From positions 1 to 39,201 of the forward strand of contig CAMTVO010000062.1 in NCBI GenBank assembly GCA_947085205.1: a stretch of DNA of 39,201 bases. Direction: 5' to 3'. This document shows, in pieces, positions 8,484 through 16,379 of this stretch. The DNA is from an uncultured Nitrospiraceae bacterium (GTDB taxonomy: Bacteria > Nitrospirota > Thermodesulfovibrionia > Thermodesulfovibrionales > Dissulfurispiraceae). The position numbers and the translations under genes were made by a program. The notes beneath the pieces are model-generated. The model saw only the letters and a program-made list of their open reading frames with translations. It was not told the DNA's origin and made no database searches. The number at the start of each line of letters is the position of its first letter. The stretch's first letter is position 1.

Positions 8484-9089
8484 TTATAAGGCGGTGATTT
8501 CTACTGCGCCTTTTCTGATTATCTTTATCGTGTTGCCTGTGGCATCAACTATTGTAGACGGCAATCCACCCTTTGTTTTGCCGCCGTCAATTATCAGGTC
8601 TATGCTGCCGTCGAAATAATCCAAAACCATCTTGGCGCTGTCGGCAGGAGGCATGCCCGAAATGTTTGCGCTTGTTGCGGTTATGGGAAATCCTGATACT
8701 TTTGCGAGCTTAAGGGCGAATGATTCTCCGGGAATCCTAAGAGCCGCTTTATTCAGGGACACGATATATTCGGTAAGATCCGGGAGTGCATTAAAAAGGA
8801 CGGTCAATGGTCCAGGCCAGAAACGGTCTATGAGTTCTTCGGTAGAGGCATTTATTGAATCCGTTATCAGTGATAGTTCTTTTTTATCGCCTATAATCAG
8901 CGGCATGGCTTTTTCCTCAGGCCTCTGTTTTATTTCATACAGCCTTTTCAGGGCGGAGTCTATGTCGTATTTAGCTCCGAGCCCGTAAAATGTCTCTGTG
9001 GGATATGCGATTATACCGCCGTTTTTGAGAATCGATATTGCGGCGCTTATTACTTCATCAATGTTTTTATCGGTAAGTTTCAGTATCAT
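8484..9089 (-). CDS. tsaC: L-threonylcarbamoyladenylate synthase (Sua5/YrdC)
   Basis: YPTETFYGLG, KQRP, FWPGPLT, TSANISG. Confidence 0.93.
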   Translation of the reverse strand: MILKLTDKNIDEVISAAISILKNGGIIAYPTETFYGLGAKYDIDSALKRLYEIKQRPEEKAMPLIIGDKKELSLITDSINASTEELIDRFWPGPLTVLFNALPDLTEYIVSLNKAALRIPGESFALKLAKVSGFPITATSANISGMPPADSAKMVLDYFDGSIDLIIDGGKTKGGLPSTIVDATGNTIKIIRKGAVEITAL

Positions 9090-9183
9090 ACTTTATTAGT
9101 TTAACAGTATTTGAAAAAAATAAAACATGTCAATCAGTCATGCCTCCGTTGACACCCGTTGGCAGCTTTTGTTAGGTTTAAAC

Positions 9184-10287
9184 ATGTCAGGTTCAACTAA
9201 AAGGTTTTTTGGCTGTGTCGAAATCCCCCTTCAAAGGGTTCACATCGAGCTTACAAATGTCTGCGACTTCAACTGCGTGTTCTGTCCAAAATCCGAGATG
9301 AAAAGGAAATACGGCTATATGGATACCGGCCTTGCCAAAAGGATAATTTCCGAACTCAAGGAAAACAATATATGCGAAAAAATCACATTCCATGTAATGG
9401 GAGAACCTACGCTGCATCCTGATTTCTTTGACATCCTTTCCCATGCCCAGAATAAATGCATAAAAGTCGGACTTACAACCAATGGAGGAGGACTTGGCAG
9501 AGAGACCGGAAGACGCTTGCTGGACTATGACCTCTACCAGATTGATATTTCTCTTCAGACGCCTGATGTGATGTCATTTGAACTCAGAAAGGCAAGGGCG
9601 CTGAACTTTGAAGAATACCTTAAAGGTATAATTGAGTTTTTTTATTCTTATCACGCAAGGCATAACGATACGATATTCAAGTTTCGCTTTTTGAACACAA
9701 GATTTCGTAAAAAAGATATGGAAAAGAGAAGAGGAGCTATAAAAGTTATTTCATCCACTAATGAGTTTCGCGATACCTTTAAGTACTGGGCAGGACGCAT
9801 TTATGACATGCTCGGCGTAGAACAGCGCAAAAGGGATGCAGCGATGAAACGCATAGAAAAGCTTGTGTCCTATAAGTGGAATGTGGTAGAGATTTATCCA
9901 AATGTGTTTTTTGAGACTTATGTATTGGAAGACTGGGGGCATGCATTCGATGATGAAAGTATCCGAGGCGCATGGGCGGGATACTGTTTTGGGATGAGAG
10001 ACCACTTTAGCATACTTTATAACGGCGATGTAACATTATGCTGCGTGGATTTCGATGGCAGTACGAAGATAGGCAATCTCCACGAATCATCTCTGAAGGA
10101 AGTGCTTTTTTCGAATGAACTCGGCAGGATTATTGACGGCTTTAAAAAATTCAAGGTTGTTCATCCCTACTGCAAGAAATGCCTTGGGAGCAAATCAATG
10201 GCATCTTGGATATTCAAACCTCTCGTCTCTGTAATGGCGCTCAAGACCCTTAAGCCTTTTTTCTATTCAAAGACCAAACTCTACTAA
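9184..10287 (+). CDS. radical SAM protein with SPASM/twitch domain
   Basis: ELTNVCDFNCVFC CxxxCxxC, GEPTLHP, C-terminal C...NGDVTLCC...CKKC; start at 9184 or 9127. Confidence 0.88.
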   Translation: MSGSTKRFFGCVEIPLQRVHIELTNVCDFNCVFCPKSEMKRKYGYMDTGLAKRIISELKENNICEKITFHVMGEPTLHPDFFDILSHAQNKCIKVGLTTNGGGLGRETGRRLLDYDLYQIDISLQTPDVMSFELRKARALNFEEYLKGIIEFFYSYHARHNDTIFKFRFLNTRFRKKDMEKRRGAIKVISSTNEFRDTFKYWAGRIYDMLGVEQRKRDAAMKRIEKLVSYKWNVVEIYPNVFFETYVLEDWGHAFDDESIRGAWAGYCFGMRDHFSILYNGDVTLCCVDFDGSTKIGNLHESSLKEVLFSNELGRIIDGFKKFKVVHPYCKKCLGSKSMASWIFKPLVSVMALKTLKPFFYSKTKLY

Positions 10288-10377
10288 TAAAGAAAAATCC
10301 GTCCTTGACAATAATCTGTAGCCAAACTTGCCATGTCTGCTAATTATCAGCCCTGTTTTTGATTACGGCTTATGGCC

Positions 10378-10406
10378 TTGACAATATATTCAAATATTAT
10401 TATATT
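10378..10406 (+). promoter_or_regulatory. sigma70 promoter with overlapping AT-rich imperfect palindrome (probable ArsR operator)
   Basis: TTGACA at 10378 followed by ATATATTCAAATATTATTATATT. Confidence 0.5.
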
Positions 10407-10439
10407 TTTATCAAAACATGCGGCATGGAGGTGTGTTTA

Positions 10440-10781
10440 ATGCGTTCATTGGGGAAAAGAATAGAGCTTCTTAAGATAGTAGCCCATCCAGTGAGAATAA
10501 AGATACTGGATGAACTTGTGAAAGGAGTAAAATGCGTCACTGATTTCGAGGAATTTCTCGATATAAGTCAGCCGAATGTTTCTCAGCATCTGTCACTTTT
10601 AAGAAGATACGGAGTGATAGACTATTATATGGATGGACGGCTCAGGTGCTATTTCCTCAGGGATCCGATAATACCGGATATTTTAGAATTGCTAAAGAAG
10701 GATTACATCGAGGAAATGCCTGCGCCTGCATGCTGTCCTGTAACAAAAAAGGGGAAATATCCTGGTAAAAGGAGGGGATAA
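10440..10781 (+). CDS. ArsR/SmtB-family regulator with C-terminal CC motif
   Basis: AHPVRIKIL, CV, ISQPNVSQHLSLLR, tail PACCP; RBS GGAGGTG before ATG 10440. Confidence 0.9.
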   Translation: MRSLGKRIELLKIVAHPVRIKILDELVKGVKCVTDFEEFLDISQPNVSQHLSLLRRYGVIDYYMDGRLRCYFLRDPIIPDILELLKKDYIEEMPAPACCPVTKKGKYPGKRRG

Positions 10782-10784
10782 AAA

Positions 10785-11129
10785 ATGCAAAAAGAGATTG
10801 TGATGTTTCTTTCGACAACGCCTTATAGCTTTGAAAATTCGCATACAATTTTCAAACTTGCTGATGCTGCGATGAGTAAGGGGCATAAGGTCAGGCTCAT
10901 AGCATCCGGAGACGGTGTGTTCTCAATTGTAAAAGGACAGCTTCCGCCGTCATTATCAGCCCTTGATGACCTTGTCGGCAGAGGTCTTAAAGTGGATATA
11001 TGAACAGGCTGCATGCAGACCCGCGGTCTTGCGGCAGAGGACTCTGTTGGAAGGGGAGAGATGAGTTCTTTAAAAGGGCTTTTTAATGTAATCAAGACAA
11101 ATCCGATTTTCTTGAATTTCGGAGTATAG
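10785..11129 (+). CDS. DsrE/TusD-family sulfurtransferase, probable selenoprotein (UGA 11001-11003, UxxC)
   Basis: TTPYS and GDGV DsrE motifs; the frame continues 41 codons past the TGA (VDI-U-TGCMQTRG...FLNFGV*) to give a full-length 114-aa DsrE that ends at the RBS of the next gene. Confidence 0.85.
11009..11037 (+). promoter_or_regulatory. candidate bacterial SECIS element
   Basis: CTGC-AT-GCAGACC-CGC-GGTCTTGC-G-GCAG hairpin; G-containing apical loop about 18 nt after the UGA. Confidence 0.6.
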
Positions 11130-11138
11130 GGGGAGCAC

Positions 11139-11495
11139 ATGGGCAGTATAAGCATCATTTTAAGAAGGCCGCCTTATGGAACAATTGATGCATCTGAAGC
11201 AATAAGGCATGCTCTTGGCGGAGTAATCGAGGACATGGCAGTAAAATTGATACTTGTGGACGGCGGTGTGGCTGCTGCTAAGAAAGAACAGGACACATCA
11301 AATACCGAATATTTAAGCATAGAATCTGGAATCAAGGATTGCACTGATATGGGCGCTGATGTATATGCAGATAAAAATTCCATAAAAGAGGAGCATCTTG
11401 ATAAAGACGAAATCATAGAGGGAGGAGTGATTATTGCAAACGGCTTGGAGATTGCGGAGATTATAAAAGAATCTGATGTAACAATGATTTTTTAG
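11139..11495 (+). CDS. DsrF/TusC-family protein
   Basis: LRRPPYGT..SEAIR, LVDGGV; second gene of a DsrEFH-like trio. Confidence 0.8.
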   Translation: MGSISIILRRPPYGTIDASEAIRHALGGVIEDMAVKLILVDGGVAAAKKEQDTSNTEYLSIESGIKDCTDMGADVYADKNSIKEEHLDKDEIIEGGVIIANGLEIAEIIKESDVTMIF

Positions 11496-11506
11496 GGGGA
11501 GGAGTT

Positions 11507-11788
11507 ATGCTTGTGATCATAAAAAGTTCGCCGGATACTTCTGAAGGCAAGAGGGGTGTTAAGCTTGCAAGGGATATGGCTGCCGATATTTGCCTCATAC
11601 AGAATGCCGTATATTTTGCCCAAAAGGAAAGACTCGAGGGCTTTTGCGGGACAGCATACATCCTTGGCGAGGATGCAAGACTGAGGGGATTAAGCGAAGA
11701 GGATATGGGAAAGGGGATAAGGGAAATAGATTACGAAGGCCTTGTGGATTTGATGGTGAAAGAGGATAAGGTGGTGGGAGCTTTCTAA
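11507..11788 (+). CDS. DsrH/TusB-family protein
   Basis: LIQNAV, EDARLRG, IDYEGLVDL. Confidence 0.85.
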   Translation: MLVIIKSSPDTSEGKRGVKLARDMAADICLIQNAVYFAQKERLEGFCGTAYILGEDARLRGLSEEDMGKGIREIDYEGLVDLMVKEDKVVGAF

Positions 11789-11959
11789 ATTGTAGTATAT
11801 TATAAACACAATCCACTCATTTGCCTGAAATAATCTCTCATCATCAGAAAATCTTTGCCTCTACTGCTTTCTTTTTCTTTTCATCCCTTGCCTGTGTTAC
11901 AAGTATCTCCACTGCCATAATCCCTGATGTCAGAACCCACATCTCATTAGAGAAAAAAC

Positions 11960-12036
11960 TGGCGGGGCGGACGGGGCTCGAACCCGCGACCTCCTGCGTG
12001 ACAGGCAGGCGTTCTAACCAACTGAACTACCGCCCC
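11960..12036 (-). tRNA. tRNA-Asp(GTC)
   Basis: Cloverleaf GGGGCGG...CTGTCAC...GGTTCGAG...CCGCCCCGCCA. Confidence 0.97.
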
Positions 12037-12038
12037 AG

Positions 12039-12167
12039 CAAAAATCTGCACAGCAGATTTTTGAGTTAGGAGTTATGAGTTAAGAGTTTTTAGTAAAGAA
12101 GAATTTTTTGCACTTTTCACTTATCACTCTTGACTCTTTACTCCGATTTTGCCTCTGGCAAAATCGG
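12039..12167. repeat. composite spacer: hairpin, inverted heptamer arrays, hairpin
   Basis: CAAAAATCTGC-aca-GCAGATTTTTG; (GAGTTAN)x3.7 at 12063-12088; (NACTYWT)x4.7 at 12111-12143; CCGATTTTGCC-tct-GGCAAAATCGG. Confidence 0.8.
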
Positions 12168-12169
12168 CT

Positions 12170-12245
12170 TGGTAGGCGGAACAGGGATCGAACCTGTGAC
12201 CCCAGCCTTGTAAGGGCTGTGCTCTCCCAGCTGAGCTATCCGCCC
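12170..12245 (-). tRNA. tRNA-Val(TAC)
   Basis: Cloverleaf GGGCGGA...CTTACAA...GGTTCGAT...CCTACCA. Confidence 0.97.
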
Positions 12246-12372
12246 GAAAGCGACTTATATTAAACTACATAATGTTGGTTTTTGTCAATTTCCAAAACAA
12301 GCTTTATGGTGGCGCCATGCTGTTTGATAGCAATTGCTTGAATTTGGCTGTATGTATCTATTATTATTCAGC

Positions 12373-13281
12373 ATGAGGTTTTTGAAGGTTATCTTTTCGC
12401 TTCTTATTTTTTCTGTCATAGCATTCTCATCAGCCTCTGCCGAGGTCTATTCCTACAGCAAAGACAATACGGTAATCGGCTCGATGAAGACACATCAAGT
12501 TAACGGCAATGAGTCTCTTATCGAAATAGCGAGAAACTTCAGCGTAGGATATAATGAAATTGTAGATGCAAACCCTTCCCTCGACCCTTTTCTTCCGGGA
12601 AACAATGCCGATGTCAGGATACCTACTGCATGGATACTGCCGGATGTAAATTCGTATGAAGGCATTGTGATAAATCTTTCGGAGATGAGGCTTTATTATT
12701 TTTTAAAGCAGAAGAAATCGCTTTTAGTAAGGACATTTCCGATAGGAATAGGAGACGAGGGGAATGATACGCCGGTTGGAAACTTCAAGATAATAGAAAA
12801 AATAGAAAATCCGAGCTGGCATGTGCCTGAGTCTATAAAAAAAGAAAGGCCTGAGTTGCCTAACGTCGTGCCGCCAGGGCCTGATAATCCACTCGGCTCT
12901 CATGCATTGAGACTTTCCCTCGGCAGTTATCTGATACATGGAACGAACAGACCGTGGGCTGTTGGAAGGAAGGTTACACATGGGTGCATAAGATTATATC
13001 CGGAAGATATTCCGAAGCTTTTTACAATAGCGCCTAAAAGTACAAAGGTCGCTATTGTAAGACAGCCTGTAAAGGTTGGCGTAAGGGACGGCAGTGTTTA
13101 TATAGAAGTGCACAGGGATGATTATGAGAAGAACTTAAATTATTTCAACGAGGCTGTGGGACTGTTGAAAAAGAAGGGTTTGATTAAAAAAGTCAATACC
13201 GAGAAGCTGTATCACGCAATAAGGGGAAAGAGCGGAATTCCTGTAGAGATTTCAGGTTTTAAAAAGGACCTCCCGCAATGA
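12373..13281 (+). CDS. L,D-transpeptidase, ErfK/YbiS/YcfS type with LysM-like N-domain
   Basis: Signal peptide, INLSEMRLY, PPGPDNPLG, catalytic motif LIHGTN...HGCIRL. Confidence 0.93.
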   Translation: MRFLKVIFSLLIFSVIAFSSASAEVYSYSKDNTVIGSMKTHQVNGNESLIEIARNFSVGYNEIVDANPSLDPFLPGNNADVRIPTAWILPDVNSYEGIVINLSEMRLYYFLKQKKSLLVRTFPIGIGDEGNDTPVGNFKIIEKIENPSWHVPESIKKERPELPNVVPPGPDNPLGSHALRLSLGSYLIHGTNRPWAVGRKVTHGCIRLYPEDIPKLFTIAPKSTKVAIVRQPVKVGVRDGSVYIEVHRDDYEKNLNYFNEAVGLLKKKGLIKKVNTEKLYHAIRGKSGIPVEISGFKKDLPQ

Positions 13282-13283
13282 AT

Positions 13284-13326
13284 ACCCCCCTTAATTCCCC
13301 CCTTACTAAGGGGGGAGAAGGGGGGT
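13284..13326. repeat. poly-C/poly-G REP-like hairpin, possible bidirectional terminator
   Basis: ACCCCCCTT-aat-TCCCCCCTTA-c-TAAGGGGGGA-g-AAGGGGGGT between convergent genes. Confidence 0.7.
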
Positions 13327-13340
13327 GCGGGAGTATGAAT

Positions 13341-13733
13341 TTACTTCTTCTGCTGCAGCTCAAATGCCTTTTTAGCTTTTGCGAATGCAGCCTCAGCTCT
13401 GTCGGCAGCAGCCTCGGCCCTCTTTGCAGAGGACTCAGCCCTGTCGGCAGACTCTTTTGCAACCCTCATTGCCTCCTGAGCAAGCGACTTAGCTTCTGCA
13501 GCATCCTTTTTTGCTGCATCCACATCAGATGAAAGTTTGCCGACCCTACCCTCAAGTGCGCCGACCTTGCCTTCAAGTGTGCCGACCTTGCTTTCAATGG
13601 CTGAAACCCTTGCCTCCAGCTTGCTTATCCTGTCTACCAGCGGGTCGATTTGCTGTTTTACGTAGTCTTTTGTCGCACACCCGAAGGAGAAGAGAAATAA
13701 TACTGACAGTGCCAATAGAATTGTCTTTTTCAT
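13341..13733 (-). CDS. Lpp/OprI-like alanine-zipper lipoprotein
   Basis: Lipobox SFGC, heptad coiled coil (KVGTLEG/KVGALEG), Ala zipper, C-terminal KK. Confidence 0.85.
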   Translation of the reverse strand: MKKTILLALSVLFLFSFGCATKDYVKQQIDPLVDRISKLEARVSAIESKVGTLEGKVGALEGRVGKLSSDVDAAKKDAAEAKSLAQEAMRVAKESADRAESSAKRAEAAADRAEAAFAKAKKAFELQQKK

Positions 13734-13836
13734 TTTATTTCACCCCCTTTCCGATAAAATATTTTTAATTCTTAAAACAAAGATACACTTAAATGCATAA
13801 AATTTCAAGCACTATTTAAGACCCTATTTAAAAATA

Positions 13837-14643
13837 TCATATCTTCAGTCGTGTCTTGTAAAAAAATGCGATGAAGAATATAAGCGAAAGCATGAGGACT
13901 ATCGAGCCTCCGGGTGCGAGGTTGAAGCGGTAGGAGATTGCGATTCCCGATATTGTCGAAAAAAGCGATATAAGGCATGAAAGGAATACCATCCTGTGGA
14001 ATCTTTTTGTAAGCATCTGTGCGGCAGCCCCAGGTATTACTAAAAGCGCAGAAATGAGAATAATCCCGACCAACTTTATGCCCACTACTATTGCGATTGC
14101 CATGGACAGAAGGAATACGGATTTTATGAGCCTTATCTTTATACCGCTTACAAAGGCCAATTCCTCGTTGAATGTGATGAAATAAAGTTCTTTCATTATT
14201 ACGAATATAACAGCCGTAAGAAATAGGGTTGTGAGCAGTGCTGTCATTGCATCCTCGTTTGTTATCGCAAGTATGCTGCCGAAGAGGTATCCGAAAAGGT
14301 CGATATTATAGCTTGAGGATAGACCGATAAGCACGATTCCGAGTGCCATGGAACTGGAAAAGAATATTCCTATGGCTGTATCCTCTGCAAGCCTTCCCCT
14401 TGAGCTTATCTGTTCTATTCCGAACGCAACGACAATGGAATATACAAAGGCGGCGAGAAGCGGATTGATACCCAGTAAAAAACCTATAGATACGCCTCCG
14501 AATGCGGCATGCGAGATGCCTGAGCCTAAGAACGCCACCCTTCTTAGGACGATAAATACCGATATTATCCCGCAAAATATCGAGAGCGCCATGCCTGTCA
14601 GCAGCGCCCTCTGCATAAATCCATATGAAAAAATCTCAAACAT
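13837..14643 (-). CDS. znuB: Zn/Mn ABC transporter permease
   Basis: GISHAAFGG, YLFGSIL, VGIILISALLVIP. Confidence 0.88.
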   Translation of the reverse strand: MFEIFSYGFMQRALLTGMALSIFCGIISVFIVLRRVAFLGSGISHAAFGGVSIGFLLGINPLLAAFVYSIVVAFGIEQISSRGRLAEDTAIGIFFSSSMALGIVLIGLSSSYNIDLFGYLFGSILAITNEDAMTALLTTLFLTAVIFVIMKELYFITFNEELAFVSGIKIRLIKSVFLLSMAIAIVVGIKLVGIILISALLVIPGAAAQMLTKRFHRMVFLSCLISLFSTISGIAISYRFNLAPGGSIVLMLSLIFFIAFFYKTRLKI

Positions 14644-14647
14644 TATA

Positions 14648-15430
14648 TCAATGCCTTTGCTTGCTGTGAAGCCTCTCGCATTTCTCGCAGAGTTCGGTGT
14701 GCATCATTATATCGACATGCTTGCCGTAAAGCTCTTTTATCACGGCATCGTTTAGAGCTCCGACAGGGCTGCCGTGATAGTGAAGGATTTTATTCAGGCA
14801 TGCAATCTCATCTACATATGATGTTACCGTGCCTATGTCATGCGAGACCATTATGATAGTGAGGTTTAATTTTTTCTGTAGTCCTTTCAGCAGATGGTAA
14901 AAATCTTCCTGTCCCACCACATCTATGCCGGTGCTCGGCTCGTCGAGGATTAATAGCTTGGGGTTGTTTATAAGCGCCCTCGCAATGGATACCCGCTGCT
15001 GCTGCCCTCCGGAGAGGTTCCCGAACGGTTCATTTTCATATCCTGACATTCCTATCATGGATAACATTTCTCCGGCTATAGTTATGTCTTTTCTTGACGG
15101 CCACCTGAATAAACCGAGTCTCGAATAGATCCCCATTAAAACCACATCGATTGCCCTTGCCGGGAAATTAATCTCTATTTTCTGGCTCTGGGGGAGGTAT
15201 CCAAAGATATTTTTGTTTATGGCCCCGATGGGCGAGGTTTCGAATATCTTTACAGAGCCCGATGTCGGTTTGATTATTCCTATTATGGCCCTGAGGATGG
15301 TTGTCTTTCCGCTGCCGTTCGGACCGACAATGCCCAAAAATCTCCCCTCCTCAAGATGGAGGTTTATGTCCTTCAGTATCTCCCTGCCGTTAATGGCGAC
15401 AGTGAGGTTTTCTATTTCGGCGGCCCTCAT
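14648..15430 (-). CDS. znuC: Zn/Mn ABC transporter ATPase
   Basis: GPNGSGKT, LSGGQQQR, LILDEP, VSHD. Confidence 0.88.
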   Translation of the reverse strand: MRAAEIENLTVAINGREILKDINLHLEEGRFLGIVGPNGSGKTTILRAIIGIIKPTSGSVKIFETSPIGAINKNIFGYLPQSQKIEINFPARAIDVVLMGIYSRLGLFRWPSRKDITIAGEMLSMIGMSGYENEPFGNLSGGQQQRVSIARALINNPKLLILDEPSTGIDVVGQEDFYHLLKGLQKKLNLTIIMVSHDIGTVTSYVDEIACLNKILHYHGSPVGALNDAVIKELYGKHVDIMMHTELCEKCERLHSKQRH

Positions 15431-16338
15431 TTCATGGCCCTTTCCATCTGGGATATATTGTATCGCATGAGTTTTAGATAGGTATCCCTGTCCGGCGCAT
15501 TGGATGCGCCGATGGGGTCGAGGAATAAAACCCTTGCTCCGGCCTCTTTTGCTATCGCCTCAGCGATCTTCGGATTAAACTGAGGTTCTGCGAAGACTAC
15601 CTTTGAATTTAATCTCTGTAGCTCCTTTATGATTTTCGCAATATTTGCAGGGCTCGGCTCTCTGCCAGGCGCTTCCATAATGACCCCTACAACTTTAAGT
15701 CCATAACGTCTGGAAAAGTAGTTCCATGCCGAATGGAATGTGACATATTCCCTTGTCTTAAACTTACCGGCTGCAGCCGATATCTCCTCATGGAGTTTGT
15801 CCAGTTCTCTTTTGTATTGTCCTGCATTTGAAGCATAGAAATTTTTATTTGAAGGGTCTATTTTTATAAGGGTATCTGCAATCCTGTCCGCAATCTTTTT
15901 TGCCAGTACAGGATCGAGCCAGAAGTGCGGGTCCGCTGTCTCCTCTTTGTGTCTTTGCCTGCCTTTGCGGTCATGCTTATGCTCATGCTCATGAGCGCCG
16001 CGTATAAGCGGCATGCCTTCTGAAAGGTCGACAACTATGAGGTTTTCATTGGAGACTGCTTTTACAAATCTTTCCGCCCAGAATTCAAGGCCTGCTCCGA
16101 TTTTAATGAACGCCTTAGCATCATGGAGCTCCATCATTTGCTTTGGAGTCGGTTCATAGGTATGCTCCGATGCTGCAGGCGGCAGCAATGTCTTTACGAT
16201 GACCTTATCCTTCCCTATCTGTTTTGCTATGTCGTAAAGAGGATGTATTGAAACAATGATTTTCAAAGACTGGGCAAACACGACTTCTGCTGAAAATAAG
16301 AAGATGGAGAGAACGAGAAAAATGATATGTTTTTTCAT
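15427..16338 (-). CDS. znuA: Zn ABC transporter substrate-binding protein
   Basis: HTYEPTP, His-rich loop, DPHFWLDP; start moved to MKKH. Confidence 0.88.
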   Translation of the reverse strand: MKKHIIFLVLSIFLFSAEVVFAQSLKIIVSIHPLYDIAKQIGKDKVIVKTLLPPAASEHTYEPTPKQMMELHDAKAFIKIGAGLEFWAERFVKAVSNENLIVVDLSEGMPLIRGAHEHEHKHDRKGRQRHKEETADPHFWLDPVLAKKIADRIADTLIKIDPSNKNFYASNAGQYKRELDKLHEEISAAAGKFKTREYVTFHSAWNYFSRRYGLKVVGVIMEAPGREPSPANIAKIIKELQRLNSKVVFAEPQFNPKIAEAIAKEAGARVLFLDPIGASNAPDRDTYLKLMRYNISQMERAMK

Positions 16339-16379
16339 TTGAAGCCTCCGAAATAAGCTCACTACTGATATAATAACAC

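Noticed and set aside
5046..10287. tldD, mini-peptides and radical SAM as a RiPP cluster
   Set aside because: Genes are on different strands, interleaved with housekeeping lpxC and tsaC, and the peptides lack leader/core organisation
10290..11960. arsR-dsrEFH as an island integrated at the tRNA-Asp 3' end
   Set aside because: No integrase and no duplicated tRNA 3' end (att site) found in the window
11821..12069. 82-aa ORF overlapping tRNA-Asp
   Set aside because: Spurious antisense translation of the tRNA
13259..13532. Short ORFs starting in the poly-C/poly-G hairpin
   Set aside because: Translate the REP-like hairpin and overlap the lipoprotein gene
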